Shown piece after piece: positions 45,766-55,401 of a DNA stretch of 64,000 nucleotides. The stretch spans positions 13,066-77,065 of the forward strand of contig DASQAZ010000036.1 of the NCBI GenBank assembly GCA_035635475.1. The letters are read 5' to 3'. Source of the DNA: Bacteroidota bacterium (GTDB lineage Bacteria; Bacteroidota; Ignavibacteria; UBA10030; SZUA-254). A program made the translations under genes and the position numbers. The notes under the pieces are model-generated. The model saw only the letters and a list, made by a program, of their open reading frames with translations, did not search any database and was not told the origin of the DNA. How positions within the stretch are numbered: position 1 is the first letter of the stretch; each line of letters starts with the position of its first letter.

Positions 45766-47184
45766 TTATTTCGAAACCCACGTTTCGTGGAAACTGCCCG
45801 GCTTGTCGATCCGCTCGAACGTATGTGCCCCGAAGAAATCACGCTGCGCCTGGATCAGGTTCGCCGGCAGCCGCTCGCTGCGGTAGGAATCATAGTACGC
45901 CAATGATGCGCCCATCGCAGGCATGGGAACGCCGAGCTCAATGGCGGTCCTGAGCGCAAATCGCCATCCATCCTGTGCTTGATTAACCTCAGACTGAAAC
46001 TCCCGATCGACGAGCAGGTTCGGCAATGCCCGGTCGCGCTCGAAAGCCTTCATGATCTCATTGAGGAGCTTCGCTCGTATGATACACCCTGCGCGCCATA
46101 TTTTGGCAATCGCGGCCAGGTTGAGACTATACGAATATTCCTGTGAGGCCCTGCCGAGAAGTGCGAGACCCTGGGCATACGAGCAAATCTTTGATGCATA
46201 GAGAGCGTCGCGCACGGCATCAGTCAATTTCTGACGGGAGTTCGTGCCACCGGCAGAAGAGGGGGCCTTGAGAATCCGGGATGCGCGCACGCGCTCGTCT
46301 TTTAGAGCGGAAAGATTTCTGGCGTCGAGCGCCGCGGCGATTGTGGAAACTGCCGCTCCGAGATTGGCCGCATCCTGGATTGTCCACTTGCCGGTTCCCT
46401 TTTGTCCGGCTGTATCCAGGATCATGTCGACCAGTGGAGCGCCGGTTTCGGAGTCAATCTTCCCGAATACCATGGCCGTCGTTTCGATGAGGAAAGAGGA
46501 GAGCTTACCTTTGTTCCAATCCGTGAAGAGGCTCTGAAAATCGCTTGCAGTAAAGCCGAGGGCGCGTTTGAGCAGGTCGTACGACTCCGCAATGAGCTGC
46601 ATGTCGCCATATTCGATCCCATTATGCACCATCTTGACGTAATGTCCCGAACCTCCGGGTCCAATGTAGGTAACACAGGGTTCCCGGTCCTCAAGCGCTT
46701 TCGCCGCCACCTTCGTCAGAATCGGTTCGATTGCTCGGTAGGCTTTCTCGTTCCCGCCCGGCATGAGGCTGGGCCCCTTGAGGGCGCCTTCTTCCCCCCC
46801 GGAAACTCCCATGCCAATGTAACTGATCCCTTTCGCCTCAAGATCGTGCCCGCGCCGCTCCGTATCGAGGAAATGCGAGTTACCCCCGTCGATGAGGATG
46901 TCACCTTTTTCCAGGAATGGAAGGAGCTGCTGGATCGTGATGTCGACCGGCTCTCCGGCTTTCACGAGCATCATGATGCGCCTCGGGCGGGAGAGGGATT
47001 CAACGAAGGCATGGACGGAGTACGCGGGAGTGATGTGTTTTCCCGCCGCGAATCCGCGCATGTAGGCATTGGTCACCTCGACAACCCTTTCAAAGACAGA
47101 GACGGTGAACCCGTTACGTTCGAGGTTGAGGGCGAAATTCTGGCCCATCACGCCCAGACCAAGCATTCCGATATCGCTGCTCAT
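45766..47184 (-). CDS. gnd: 6-phosphogluconate dehydrogenase, decarboxylating
   Basis: MSSDIGMLGLGVMGQNFALNLERNGF is the NADP-binding N-terminus. The sequence is family-like along its full length. ATG 47184 overlaps the pgl stop (ATGA). The track extension to 47271 is R-rich. Confidence 0.95.
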   Translation of the reverse strand: MSSDIGMLGLGVMGQNFALNLERNGFTVSVFERVVEVTNAYMRGFAAGKHITPAYSVHAFVESLSRPRRIMMLVKAGEPVDITIQQLLPFLEKGDILIDGGNSHFLDTERRGHDLEAKGISYIGMGVSGGEEGALKGPSLMPGGNEKAYRAIEPILTKVAAKALEDREPCVTYIGPGGSGHYVKMVHNGIEYGDMQLIAESYDLLKRALGFTASDFQSLFTDWNKGKLSSFLIETTAMVFGKIDSETGAPLVDMILDTAGQKGTGKWTIQDAANLGAAVSTIAAALDARNLSALKDERVRASRILKAPSSAGGTNSRQKLTDAVRDALYASKICSYAQGLALLGRASQEYSYSLNLAAIAKIWRAGCIIRAKLLNEIMKAFERDRALPNLLVDREFQSEVNQAQDGWRFALRTAIELGVPMPAMGASLAYYDSYRSERLPANLIQAQRDFFGAHTFERIDKPGSFHETWVSK

Positions 47185-47963
47185 CGACTGTCCTTCCCTT
47201 GCGGGTTTTCGTGGGATACGGCTCGATTTTGATCGCCGATCAGCGAAGCGGCGTCTTCGTCGAGCATCCACTCCACCGTCCCGTCTGCCGGAACGACGAG
47301 CGTCGCCGGGATATGTTTCACAGGCCGATCGGCGGCAAGGACTTGTTTAAGAATGGACGCTTTGCGCGCTCCGGAGACAAGGAAGAGAACCGCGCGGGAA
47401 TTATTGATGACGGGAAGCGTGATCGTAATTCGCCAGCTTTTAAATTTGGGAACAAAAACAGCAACGACGCACCTGACCTCTTCATCCAGCGCGGCGGTGC
47501 CGGGGAAGAGCGACGCGATGTGACCGTCCTCCCCGAGCCCGAGAAGGATCAGATCGAATCGAGGGACGGGATGCGCGAAGAATGTCTCCAGGTCGATTCG
47601 ATACTCTTCCGCCGCCCGGTCCGGGGCCAATTCGCCACGGACGCGATGAATGTTTGATTCCGGAACCGGAACCAGCGATAGAAGCTCCCGCCTGACCATG
47701 CCGAAATTGCTCTGCGGGTTGTCCGGGGGGGCCATGCGCTCGTCAATGAAAAACAAGTGGATTTTATTCCAATCCACGCGGCCGGATCCTTCCCTGGCGA
47801 GGAGACGATACGCGAGCCGCGGCGTCTCTCCTCCGGCCAGCGCCAATGAACAAACCCCTCGCGCGGCGACTGCCTGATTCATGATATCGCACAACTTCCG
47901 GGCCGTCTCCAGTGCGAGCGCATCGGGATCCTTGAACACATTGATCGTCGCACGGACTGCCAT
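47181..47963 (-). CDS. pgl: 6-phosphogluconolactonase
   Basis: LALAGGETP, HLFFIDERM and LLGLGEDGHIASLFPG are present. TAATG junction with zwf. Confidence 0.9.
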   Translation of the reverse strand: MAVRATINVFKDPDALALETARKLCDIMNQAVAARGVCSLALAGGETPRLAYRLLAREGSGRVDWNKIHLFFIDERMAPPDNPQSNFGMVRRELLSLVPVPESNIHRVRGELAPDRAAEEYRIDLETFFAHPVPRFDLILLGLGEDGHIASLFPGTAALDEEVRCVVAVFVPKFKSWRITITLPVINNSRAVLFLVSGARKASILKQVLAADRPVKHIPATLVVPADGTVEWMLDEDAASLIGDQNRAVSHENPQGKDSR

Positions 47964-49447
47964 TACCGTGCGCGCCCGGGCGATCCCTTATGCGCCGAAC
48001 ACTCCTGTGTCCACCAGCGGCCATCCCGCCACAGCAATTCGTCTGCGGTGGGAGGGCCCCACGACCCGGCCGGGTAGGGGAGCAGGGGCGGAGCATGTTC
48101 GCCTTCCCAGCCGGCTTGAATCGGATCGATGATCTTCCAGGCCAGCTCGATTTCATCGTTGCGGGCGAACAACGATGCATCGCCGTGGATCGCGTCGAGC
48201 AGCAAGCGCTCGTACGCTTCGGGAATCGAAGAGATGTGAAAGGATTCCCGGTAGTGAAAATTCATGGCGGCGGGCCGGATTTGCATTCCGCCGTCGGGTA
48301 CCCGCGTGATAAACCGCAGGTGGAACCCTTCATCCGGTTGAATACAAATGCTGAGGTGGTTGGTGGACAGCTCCGTGATGCCAGCCTGAGTATCGAACAT
48401 CTGGAGCGGGGGGCGGCGAAACTTGATGACAATCTCCGAGAGTTTTTCTTTGAGCTTCTTTCCCGAACGCAGAAAAAAGGGAACGCCCTGCCACCTCCAG
48501 TTGTCGATAGAGAGCTGCAATGCCGCGAAGGTGGCGGTCGTTGAGCGTGAATCAACCCCTTCTTCAGAGGTATAACCTGCATACTGCCCGCGCACCGTGA
48601 ATCGTGCAACTGCCTCCTCGGGAATATCCCGCACCCCACGGAGCGCCTTTACCTTCTCATCGCGCAAGGCGTCTGCTTCGACGATGGCCGGAGGTTCCAT
48701 CGCCACCAGCGTGAGCAATTGCATCAGGTGGCTCTGGAACATATCCCTGAGCACCCCGGCCTGATCATAGTAACCGGCACGGTGTTCGATTCCCACACTT
48801 TCGGCCACGGTTATCTGGACATGATCGATAAAGTTTCTGTTCCAGAGAGGCTCGAAAATCGCATTGCCAAAACGGAAGACCAGAAGATTCTGGACTGTTT
48901 CCTTGCCGAGGTAGTGGTCGATTCTGAAAATCTGCCTCTCCTGGGCGACTTTGTGAAGGTCCTGATTCAGCGCGATTGCTGACGGGAGATCCCGGCCGAA
49001 CGGCTTTTCGACGACGATCCGCCTCTTTTCCGAGGGCTTCGTTTCCCTGATCATGCCGGCGGCGCCGAGAGACGCTATCGCGATGGGAAAAAACCGGGGC
49101 GCAGTTGCGAGGTAGTAGAGAGAGACCTCCGGCGAGCCGGCAACGCTCTCGATTTTGTCTGAAAGCGACCGGAAATCGGCGCCGTTTTCGATGTTTCCTA
49201 TCTGATAGTAGAGGTTCCTGGCAAATTCAGCCCATATGCTCTGATCGTAATCGGCGGGCGAGAACTTCAGAAGCGCTTCTCTCAGATTCTCACGGAAGGC
49301 ATCGTCGCTCAGCGGAGTGCGCGAGAAACCGATGATGCTCGTGTTTTCCGGGAGCCGTTTCTTTCGAAAATTGCCGTAGAGAGCGGGGATGAGCTTTCGT
49401 GAAGTGAGATCTCCGCTTGCCCCGAAGATGACGATTGCCGTGCTCAT
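47963..49447 (-). CDS. zwf: Glucose-6-phosphate 1-dehydrogenase
   Basis: VIFGASGDLTSRKLIPALY, FRIDHYLGKE and EPLWN are present. Confidence 0.95.
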   Translation of the reverse strand: MSTAIVIFGASGDLTSRKLIPALYGNFRKKRLPENTSIIGFSRTPLSDDAFRENLREALLKFSPADYDQSIWAEFARNLYYQIGNIENGADFRSLSDKIESVAGSPEVSLYYLATAPRFFPIAIASLGAAGMIRETKPSEKRRIVVEKPFGRDLPSAIALNQDLHKVAQERQIFRIDHYLGKETVQNLLVFRFGNAIFEPLWNRNFIDHVQITVAESVGIEHRAGYYDQAGVLRDMFQSHLMQLLTLVAMEPPAIVEADALRDEKVKALRGVRDIPEEAVARFTVRGQYAGYTSEEGVDSRSTTATFAALQLSIDNWRWQGVPFFLRSGKKLKEKLSEIVIKFRRPPLQMFDTQAGITELSTNHLSICIQPDEGFHLRFITRVPDGGMQIRPAAMNFHYRESFHISSIPEAYERLLLDAIHGDASLFARNDEIELAWKIIDPIQAGWEGEHAPPLLPYPAGSWGPPTADELLWRDGRWWTQECSAHKGSPGRAR

Positions 49448-50274
49448 CGGGTCATGTGCTTGGTACCGGCGGGCCCTGAAACGATCACATCGGTTGCGAG
49501 TCCGAGGAACAATCCGTGTTCAATGATGCCGGCTCGCCCTTTGAGCCCAGCGGCGAGCTTCTCCGGTTTCCCCAGCCGACCAAAGTTGCAATCGAGAATA
49601 AAATTTCCCTGATCGGTAAGAAACGGTCTTCCGTTCTTCTCACGGCGCACGACGCTTGTCGCTTTCAACGACGTTAGATATGCGGACACCGGTTTCCATG
49701 CAAACGGCGTGACCTCGACGGGGACGCTGTGGAGGGTTCCGATACAGGGGGAGAGTTTCGTCTCGTCAACAATATAGATACGTCGCCTACTTGCCTCCGC
49801 GACGACTTTTTCGCGGAGCAGCGCTCCTCCGCCTCCTTTGATCATGTCGAGCCGCGGATCCACCTCATCGGCGCCGTCGATCGTGAGATCAATTTCGGGG
49901 TGCGTTTCAAGCGTCCCGGTGGGGATTCCGGCTCGAACGGCCTCAGCCTCCATCTCGTTCGAACAAGGTATTCCGATGATATCGTTCAGTCTCCCGACAC
50001 GCAGCAACTCGCCGATGAGCACAACCGCGAATCCTGCAGTCGTGCCGTGCCCGAGCCCGACGACCATCCCGCTCTCGACGAACTCCACCGCGCACTCGGC
50101 TGCCCTCCGTTTATACTCGTTCAATTTATGCCGCGTGCGAGACTTATCCCGCGCGCGGAACTCATGCCGCATACGGGATGTATCCTGTGCACTGGACTTT
50201 TCCCGCGTACGGGGCAGATCATGCTTACGGGACTTATCCCGCTTACGGGACGAATCGTCTTGCGCTGAGGGCAT
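49444..50274 (-). CDS. rpiA: Ribose-5-phosphate isomerase A with a repeat-encoded N-terminal extension (start uncertain)
   Basis: VVGLGHGTTA, DGADEVD and KGGGGALLREK are present. Homology to RpiA begins near NEYKRRAAE. ATG 50172 is an alternative start. The first ~50 codons of the long ORF are hexapeptide repeats. Confidence 0.85.
   Translation of the reverse strand: MPSAQDDSSRKRDKSRKHDLPRTREKSSAQDTSRMRHEFRARDKSRTRHKLNEYKRRAAECAVEFVESGMVVGLGHGTTAGFAVVLIGELLRVGRLNDIIGIPCSNEMEAEAVRAGIPTGTLETHPEIDLTIDGADEVDPRLDMIKGGGGALLREKVVAEASRRRIYIVDETKLSPCIGTLHSVPVEVTPFAWKPVSAYLTSLKATSVVRREKNGRPFLTDQGNFILDCNFGRLGKPEKLAAGLKGRAGIIEHGLFLGLATDVIVSGPAGTKHMTR
50133..50258. repeat. Seven head-to-tail imperfect copies of an 18-nt unit (consensus about GCKTACGGGACTTATCCC)
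   Basis: The seven copies, read directly, are: gcgtgcgagacttatccc, gcgcgcggaactcatgcc, gcatacgggatgtatcct, gtgcactggacttttccc, gcgtacggggcagatcat, gcttacgggacttatccc, gcttacgggacgaatcgt. Weaker copies flank the array. An isolated copy, gttttacgggacttaata, lies at 50354-50371. Confidence 0.8.
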
Positions 50275-50504
50275 TGTCCTAAACCGTTGGCTGTATCATG
50301 CCGCGTTTCATTTTGACGGCCCGCCTGGCTTGTTCAATCGTAAGGTTCCTCCCGTTTTACGGGACTTAATATACCGAAAAGCGATGCAATGTTCCATTCC
50401 GAAGAATGAAGTCTACGAGGCGGATTTGACTTTGAGTCGATCATCAAATACTTTTATGATAGATACATTCACCGGTCTAAAACGCCCATGAAAAGGACAT
50501 TCAG

Positions 50505-50876
50505 ATGACCACGTCACCCCGAAAAGGTATCCGTCCCATCAGCGCTGTACTATCGATCGCAATGGCTGCCTTGCAAATAATTCTTCCAACAGCTGCGGCG
50601 CTTGCGGGAGAGATCTTCGGCAGCATAAGATCGGATGGGAAGATCGTCGGAAAGGGAGTGAAAGTTGAGATTGCCGGCGCTTCGAAACCGTACGGAACGG
50701 AGACCGATAATTACGGTTCCTACCGAATTTATCTCCCCGAGAAGGGGAAATTCACTTTGACGGTGCATTACCGCCAGCAGAAACCTTCGATACCCGTCTA
50801 TTCGTATGATCGGTCGACACGGTACGACTTCAGCGTCGAGCGAAAGGACAGCCTGTACGTGCTGAAGAGGAAATAG
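50505..50876 (+). CDS. Small secreted protein with a carboxypeptidase-regulatory-like beta-sandwich pattern
   Basis: Signal/TM segment AVLSIAMAALQIILPTAAALAG. GSIRSDGKIVGKGVKVEI...TDNYGSYRIYLPEKGKFTLTVHY resembles CarboxypepD_reg-type domains. Confidence 0.5.
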   Translation: MTTSPRKGIRPISAVLSIAMAALQIILPTAAALAGEIFGSIRSDGKIVGKGVKVEIAGASKPYGTETDNYGSYRIYLPEKGKFTLTVHYRQQKPSIPVYSYDRSTRYDFSVERKDSLYVLKRK

Positions 50877-50878
50877 AA

Positions 50879-51775
50879 ATGGCCGAGGTCCCGGGCACGC
50901 CGCAGCGGAAAGACGGTTGGGAGAAAGCGAAAGTTATCCTCGAGCCGGTCGGCGGTTTGTTGACTGCGCTGGCCGTGGCGGGGCTCGGATACTACGGTTC
51001 CCGGGTTCTCGAGCAGCGCCAGACGATCGACTCGAACTCGCGGCTCTATTCCGAACTGATGAGCAAACGGGAGGAGTCGGAGAGCGCGTTGCGAAAGGAC
51101 ATGTTTAACTCGATCATCGGCTCGTTTCTGCAGAGGGGCGGCGAATCGGGCTCCCTTGATTCCAGGATCCTGAACCTCGAGCTGTTGACGCAGAATTTTC
51201 ACGAGTCGCTTGACCTCAAGCCCCTTTTTCTCCACCTTGAGCGACAGGTTAGCAAAATCAAGATCCCCGCCGAGCACGATGACTACCTCAATCGGCTGGA
51301 AACCGTCGCGCGCGATGTGACTCGCAAGCAGATGTGGGTGCTCGAGGAAGCGGGGAAAAAGTTTGAGCGAAGAATAGATCTCGACAGCCTGCGGAACAAC
51401 CCGGGTGGAATTGAGCTGGATAATGACACGCTGGCGGTGGACGAAATCAAGCGTGATTTCCGGATCGTTGCGCTTCAGGCGGACCCGCGCTCCAAGAATG
51501 TAAAGATACGACTGGAGGTCAGAACCCTGGGCGATTCGTCCCAGGCGGCCCCGGAAGCCAATGTCGTCGAATTCTGGGTCGGCTTTTTCGATTTCCCCAT
51601 GATCGACAACATTCGCCTCTCTCACGACCAGCGCTGTTCGGTTGTCTTGACTGAATATGAAGATGACAGCGCCGACATCACGATCCTGGAATTCCCGGGA
51701 TCTCACGCGAGCCTGAAAGAAAAGCCCTACTTCGAGGAAATACTCCACAACCTTCAAGAGCACACCGGGAAGTGA
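50879..51775 (+). CDS. Hypothetical membrane-anchored protein (single N-terminal TM), no recognisable family
   Basis: 298 aa with TM segment VILEPVGGLLTALAVAGLGYYG. The start lies 2 nt after the upstream stop. Amino-acid composition is balanced, unlike the R/L-rich antisense ORF 50798-51787. Confidence 0.5.
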   Translation: MAEVPGTPQRKDGWEKAKVILEPVGGLLTALAVAGLGYYGSRVLEQRQTIDSNSRLYSELMSKREESESALRKDMFNSIIGSFLQRGGESGSLDSRILNLELLTQNFHESLDLKPLFLHLERQVSKIKIPAEHDDYLNRLETVARDVTRKQMWVLEEAGKKFERRIDLDSLRNNPGGIELDNDTLAVDEIKRDFRIVALQADPRSKNVKIRLEVRTLGDSSQAAPEANVVEFWVGFFDFPMIDNIRLSHDQRCSVVLTEYEDDSADITILEFPGSHASLKEKPYFEEILHNLQEHTGK

Positions 51776-51851
51776 GCCGAAGGCCATTGAGGCTCATCTG
51801 AGCCGGCCCGGGGCGGAGGGGGAAAAGACTTCAGCGGATGAACATCAGCCG

Positions 51852-52910
51852 ATGAACACCTGGCCGGAGACTCCGATTCGCGTCGAACGGTTGCACGGGG
51901 GGAAACTGATCCTTGAGCGTATCCCATCGCATCCGTGGGAGAGTAAGGTCACATTCAACCCTGCCTGCGCTCTGGTCTCGGGACGCGAGACTATCGTGAC
52001 CATTATCGAAAAGACCCCGTTCGATCGGCGTACGAAGGAAACCCTCGCGAAGAGAGAGGCGCTCGTCTTTCTGCTGTATCGAGCCCAGGGAGCGACATCA
52101 GCAGGATTTGCGCGTTCATCGTTGGGCCTTGCTGTGCTGTCGCCCGGGCTGGAATTGCTCGCGCGACAATCGGAGCCGGTCGTTCTCCCGGACCAGCCAT
52201 ATGACGATCTTGGAGTCGAGGACGGAAGGATTACGAAAGTCGGCGACCGCTACATTCTGTTCTACACGGCCTATGGCTCGGGAACTCCCAAAAACCGCAT
52301 TCGCATTGCGATCGCATCCACGCGCGACTTCGTGCGTTGGAAAAAGCACGGCCTGCTGCGCGGGGCGTTCAACACGATCGACAACAAGAACGCGATGTTG
52401 TTTGAGCACCCGATCGGCGGAAAGCATGTCATGCTCCATCGTCCGATGGAGGGTGAGAACGCGATGTCGATCCACTGGGCTGAGAGCGATGATATTTTCG
52501 GCGAATGGAAAACGCGGGGGGTCCTGCTGAAGCCGATTCCAAGTCCGGAGTTCGCAGACACATGGATCGGAGGCGGGGCACCTCCATTGCAGATTTCAGA
52601 TAACCGCTATCTGATGCTCTATCATATTGGAAACCGAGGGACAGACGCGACGAAGGAGTATGATCTGGGCATCGCCGAGGCAGAATGGAAATCGGGAAGC
52701 CTGTCGATAGGCCGCAATGGCCTCCTCATGCGCCCCGAGACACAGACGGAGACGAGGGGGGATGCGGATCTGGGTGTGAATAATGTTCTCTTTGTATGCG
52801 GCGCATATTTCTATGATGGGGATCTGTATTTCCCCTATGCAGGCGCCGATAGCGTGGTCCTGGGGGGCAAAATCCCTCGAACGGAACTGGACCGATTCCT
52901 CGCACGCTAG
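51852..52910 (+). CDS. Glycoside hydrolase family 130 (beta-mannoside phosphorylase/hydrolase), cytoplasmic
   Basis: FNPACALV, GVEDGRITKVGDRYILFYTAY, RIAIASTRDFVRWKKHG, NKNAMLF...MLHRP, LMLYHIGN and FPYAGADS are present. No signal peptide. Confidence 0.85.
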   Translation: MNTWPETPIRVERLHGGKLILERIPSHPWESKVTFNPACALVSGRETIVTIIEKTPFDRRTKETLAKREALVFLLYRAQGATSAGFARSSLGLAVLSPGLELLARQSEPVVLPDQPYDDLGVEDGRITKVGDRYILFYTAYGSGTPKNRIRIAIASTRDFVRWKKHGLLRGAFNTIDNKNAMLFEHPIGGKHVMLHRPMEGENAMSIHWAESDDIFGEWKTRGVLLKPIPSPEFADTWIGGGAPPLQISDNRYLMLYHIGNRGTDATKEYDLGIAEAEWKSGSLSIGRNGLLMRPETQTETRGDADLGVNNVLFVCGAYFYDGDLYFPYAGADSVVLGGKIPRTELDRFLAR

Positions 52911-52932
52911 GAACCCGCTGCAAAGCGCTGCG

Positions 52933-55401
52933 CTAGAGCCAGGTCAGTTTCAGTCTTCGTTTGAGTTCCCGGGCACCAAACCTTGAATGAACAATGATCC
53001 TCCTCGCAAGTCCCGCGTCGAGATCGAAATAGTTGTCGTTGAAAACGGCATCCTCTCCTGTAACCTCGAGGTACACGTTCTTCACGAATCTGCCCGATTG
53101 AAGGGTCAGCTCGATCCTTCCTTGCTTCAACTTGCGGACTCTTGCGACGACCTTCGCCCGCGGTAAGTGAAGGTGTTTCGGGTCCGCAAAGAAGAACCGG
53201 TTTTCCGATTGGCCCGCGCTGCCGCCGCCGAGTGCTGCCCGTAAATGGTGAGAGAACGGATCCGATGCGCCGTAAACGGAGGCGGCGATTAAATAAATTT
53301 TCTGTGTGGAATTCGCGCGTATCCGGATACGAAACCTTCGCTTCCAGCGATCCGCCCCGCTGAATGAACGCAGTGAAAGGGTCAGGATGCCGGAGGTTGG
53401 GCGTGGAAGGTCGTTCGTGGCCCAGAGCTCGATACCGCGCTCGACTTTCTTAAAGCTGACGAGAACCGGCGCGAAAAAACGTTTCGCGAAGTAGTAAGCA
53501 GCCTTCGGTCGCAGGCCGCTGTCGATGACAGCCCAGCTGCTCACAGGCCAGCAGTCGTTCAGCTGCCAGAAAATGGAACCGGAGGTCTGGAATTTTCTTC
53601 GCCGCCAATGCTCGGCGGCGAATTTCAATGCCTCTGCCTGCACGAGCTGGCTCTTGTAGATCCAGCGCTCGAAATCATCGGGGATCTTATAATGGGCTGC
53701 CTGGAAGCGGAAGAGGCGTTCTGTCCCGGCGACCTGCTTATTGTGGTGCTCCATAACCTGACTCTGAATGTCGCGGTCCGACGGAAGGGTAACGGCACCG
53801 ATCGTGGCCCGGTTCGGCAGCGCTTGAAAGCCGAACTCGGTTATGAAACGCGCGGTATTTTTCTCATAGTCACGGTAATCCTTCCACTGGCTCCAAACGC
53901 CCCATTCGTGATTATTGCCGTTCGATCCGGAGTTTGGGAATCCCGAACCGAAAGGAGAGCTGCGCCAGTACGGCCGCGTCCCATCCTGTTTCCGGCAAGT
54001 ATTCTTGAGGATTTCCCGAAAGATCTTTGATCCGCGCATCTGGTCGGGCTTTTTTCCCGGATGGCTTGCGCAAAAGAGCCATTCACATTCATTGTTGCCG
54101 CACCAGAGAACGATCGACGGGTGATTGCGAAGGCGTTTCACGACCGATTCCGCCTCGACCGCCGCCTGTTTCAGGAACCACGCTCTTTCCGGATATTCGC
54201 CGCAGGCGTACATGAAATCCTGCCAGACCATCAGTCCAAGCCGGTCACAGAGTTCGTAGAAAAGATCGTTTTCATAGAACCCGCCGCCCCAGACGCGGAT
54301 CATGTTCATGTGAGCATCCCGCGCCATTATTAAAAGCGTTTCGTAGGTTGACTCTTGGATCCGGGGAATGAATGTGTCACAGGGGATCCAATCCGCGCCT
54401 TTGCAGAATATCTTCACGCCGTTGATCTCAACGGTGAAGGACTTGCCCTCATTGTCCCGTTCCTGCAGCAGTCTGACCGTCCGGATCGCGAAGGGCGTTT
54501 CAATATTATGAATCTCGCGGCCGCGCAAAATCAACGAGAAGAGCACCCTGTACATCGGATGGCTGCCGTACCCGTTCGGCCACCAGAGTTCAGGATGGGG
54601 GATGTGAACGCGGAATGATACGCGAGCCCCGGCGGCCGCCCTTGAAGCTTCAAGGGTGACAGAAGGGCCGGCGATCATTGCGCGCACCTCGAAAGGCTCA
54701 GTTGTAAAACGGAGCAGGCCGACGGAGACATCGAGAACCGCCTCACGCGCGCTCGTCGAAATGACTTTGACGAAAGGATCGAACAACCGTCCTCCCGAGC
54801 AGGCTTCGATCGAAATCTTTTTCCAAATGCCGGAGGTCGTGAGTTTCGGCCCCCAATCCCACCCGAAGGAATACTGCGCTTTGCGAACATAGACGCGCTC
54901 GCTCCCGTGGGAGACCTCGAGTGGACCGTGTTTCTTTTCGAGCCGTTGCGAGCGGACTGCCGGAGAGTCGAAGAGGATTTCGAGTCTGTTCTTGCCGCCG
55001 CGCAGGTATTTCCCGATTTCGAACCGGTGTTCGATAAACATATTTTCCGCCGTGCCGATCCGCCTCCCGTTGAGAATGACCGTCGCATATGTATCGAGCC
55101 CCCCCGCAACAAGTTCGATCGCCTGTGCAGACAGGACATCCGGCGGCACGACAAAATCCCGGCGGTAGAGCCATTGCTGAGACTCGATCCACTGCACGCG
55201 GGATTCATTCATTCTATAAAAAGGGTCCGGAATTTTCCTATTGGCCAGCAGGTCTGTATGAACCGTGCCGGGGACGGTTGCCTTCATCCACCGCGTGACC
55301 CCACGGAATTCCGGGGGAAGCGTCCCGTATGTGTTCACCGCCTTGAAGTGCCAGCCGCCCCCGAGATCAACCGTTTTCATGAACGAAGGAACCTTGCTCA
55401 T
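52933..55401 (-). CDS. Glycoside hydrolase family 2 beta-mannosidase
   Basis: VPGTVHTDLLANRKIPDPFY, NMIRVWGGGFYE, VWQDFMYAC and SIVLWCGNNE are present. ATG 55401 overlaps the upstream stop (ATGA). The track start 55491 would overlap the upstream gene by 94 nt. Confidence 0.9.
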   Translation of the reverse strand: MSKVPSFMKTVDLGGGWHFKAVNTYGTLPPEFRGVTRWMKATVPGTVHTDLLANRKIPDPFYRMNESRVQWIESQQWLYRRDFVVPPDVLSAQAIELVAGGLDTYATVILNGRRIGTAENMFIEHRFEIGKYLRGGKNRLEILFDSPAVRSQRLEKKHGPLEVSHGSERVYVRKAQYSFGWDWGPKLTTSGIWKKISIEACSGGRLFDPFVKVISTSAREAVLDVSVGLLRFTTEPFEVRAMIAGPSVTLEASRAAAGARVSFRVHIPHPELWWPNGYGSHPMYRVLFSLILRGREIHNIETPFAIRTVRLLQERDNEGKSFTVEINGVKIFCKGADWIPCDTFIPRIQESTYETLLIMARDAHMNMIRVWGGGFYENDLFYELCDRLGLMVWQDFMYACGEYPERAWFLKQAAVEAESVVKRLRNHPSIVLWCGNNECEWLFCASHPGKKPDQMRGSKIFREILKNTCRKQDGTRPYWRSSPFGSGFPNSGSNGNNHEWGVWSQWKDYRDYEKNTARFITEFGFQALPNRATIGAVTLPSDRDIQSQVMEHHNKQVAGTERLFRFQAAHYKIPDDFERWIYKSQLVQAEALKFAAEHWRRRKFQTSGSIFWQLNDCWPVSSWAVIDSGLRPKAAYYFAKRFFAPVLVSFKKVERGIELWATNDLPRPTSGILTLSLRSFSGADRWKRRFRIRIRANSTQKIYLIAASVYGASDPFSHHLRAALGGGSAGQSENRFFFADPKHLHLPRAKVVARVRKLKQGRIELTLQSGRFVKNVYLEVTGEDAVFNDNYFDLDAGLARRIIVHSRFGARELKRRLKLTWL

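Noticed and set aside
50115-50276. Possible CRISPR array
   Set aside because: The repeats are only 18 nt, degenerate and directly abutting with no spacers. No cas genes are present in the window.
50798-51787. 329-aa minus-strand ORF fully overlapping 50879-51775
   Set aside because: Its composition is R/L/F-rich and it has no signal or TM logic. The plus-strand ORF has balanced composition, an N-terminal TM and tight coupling to 50505-50876. The strand is still unproven (see finding).
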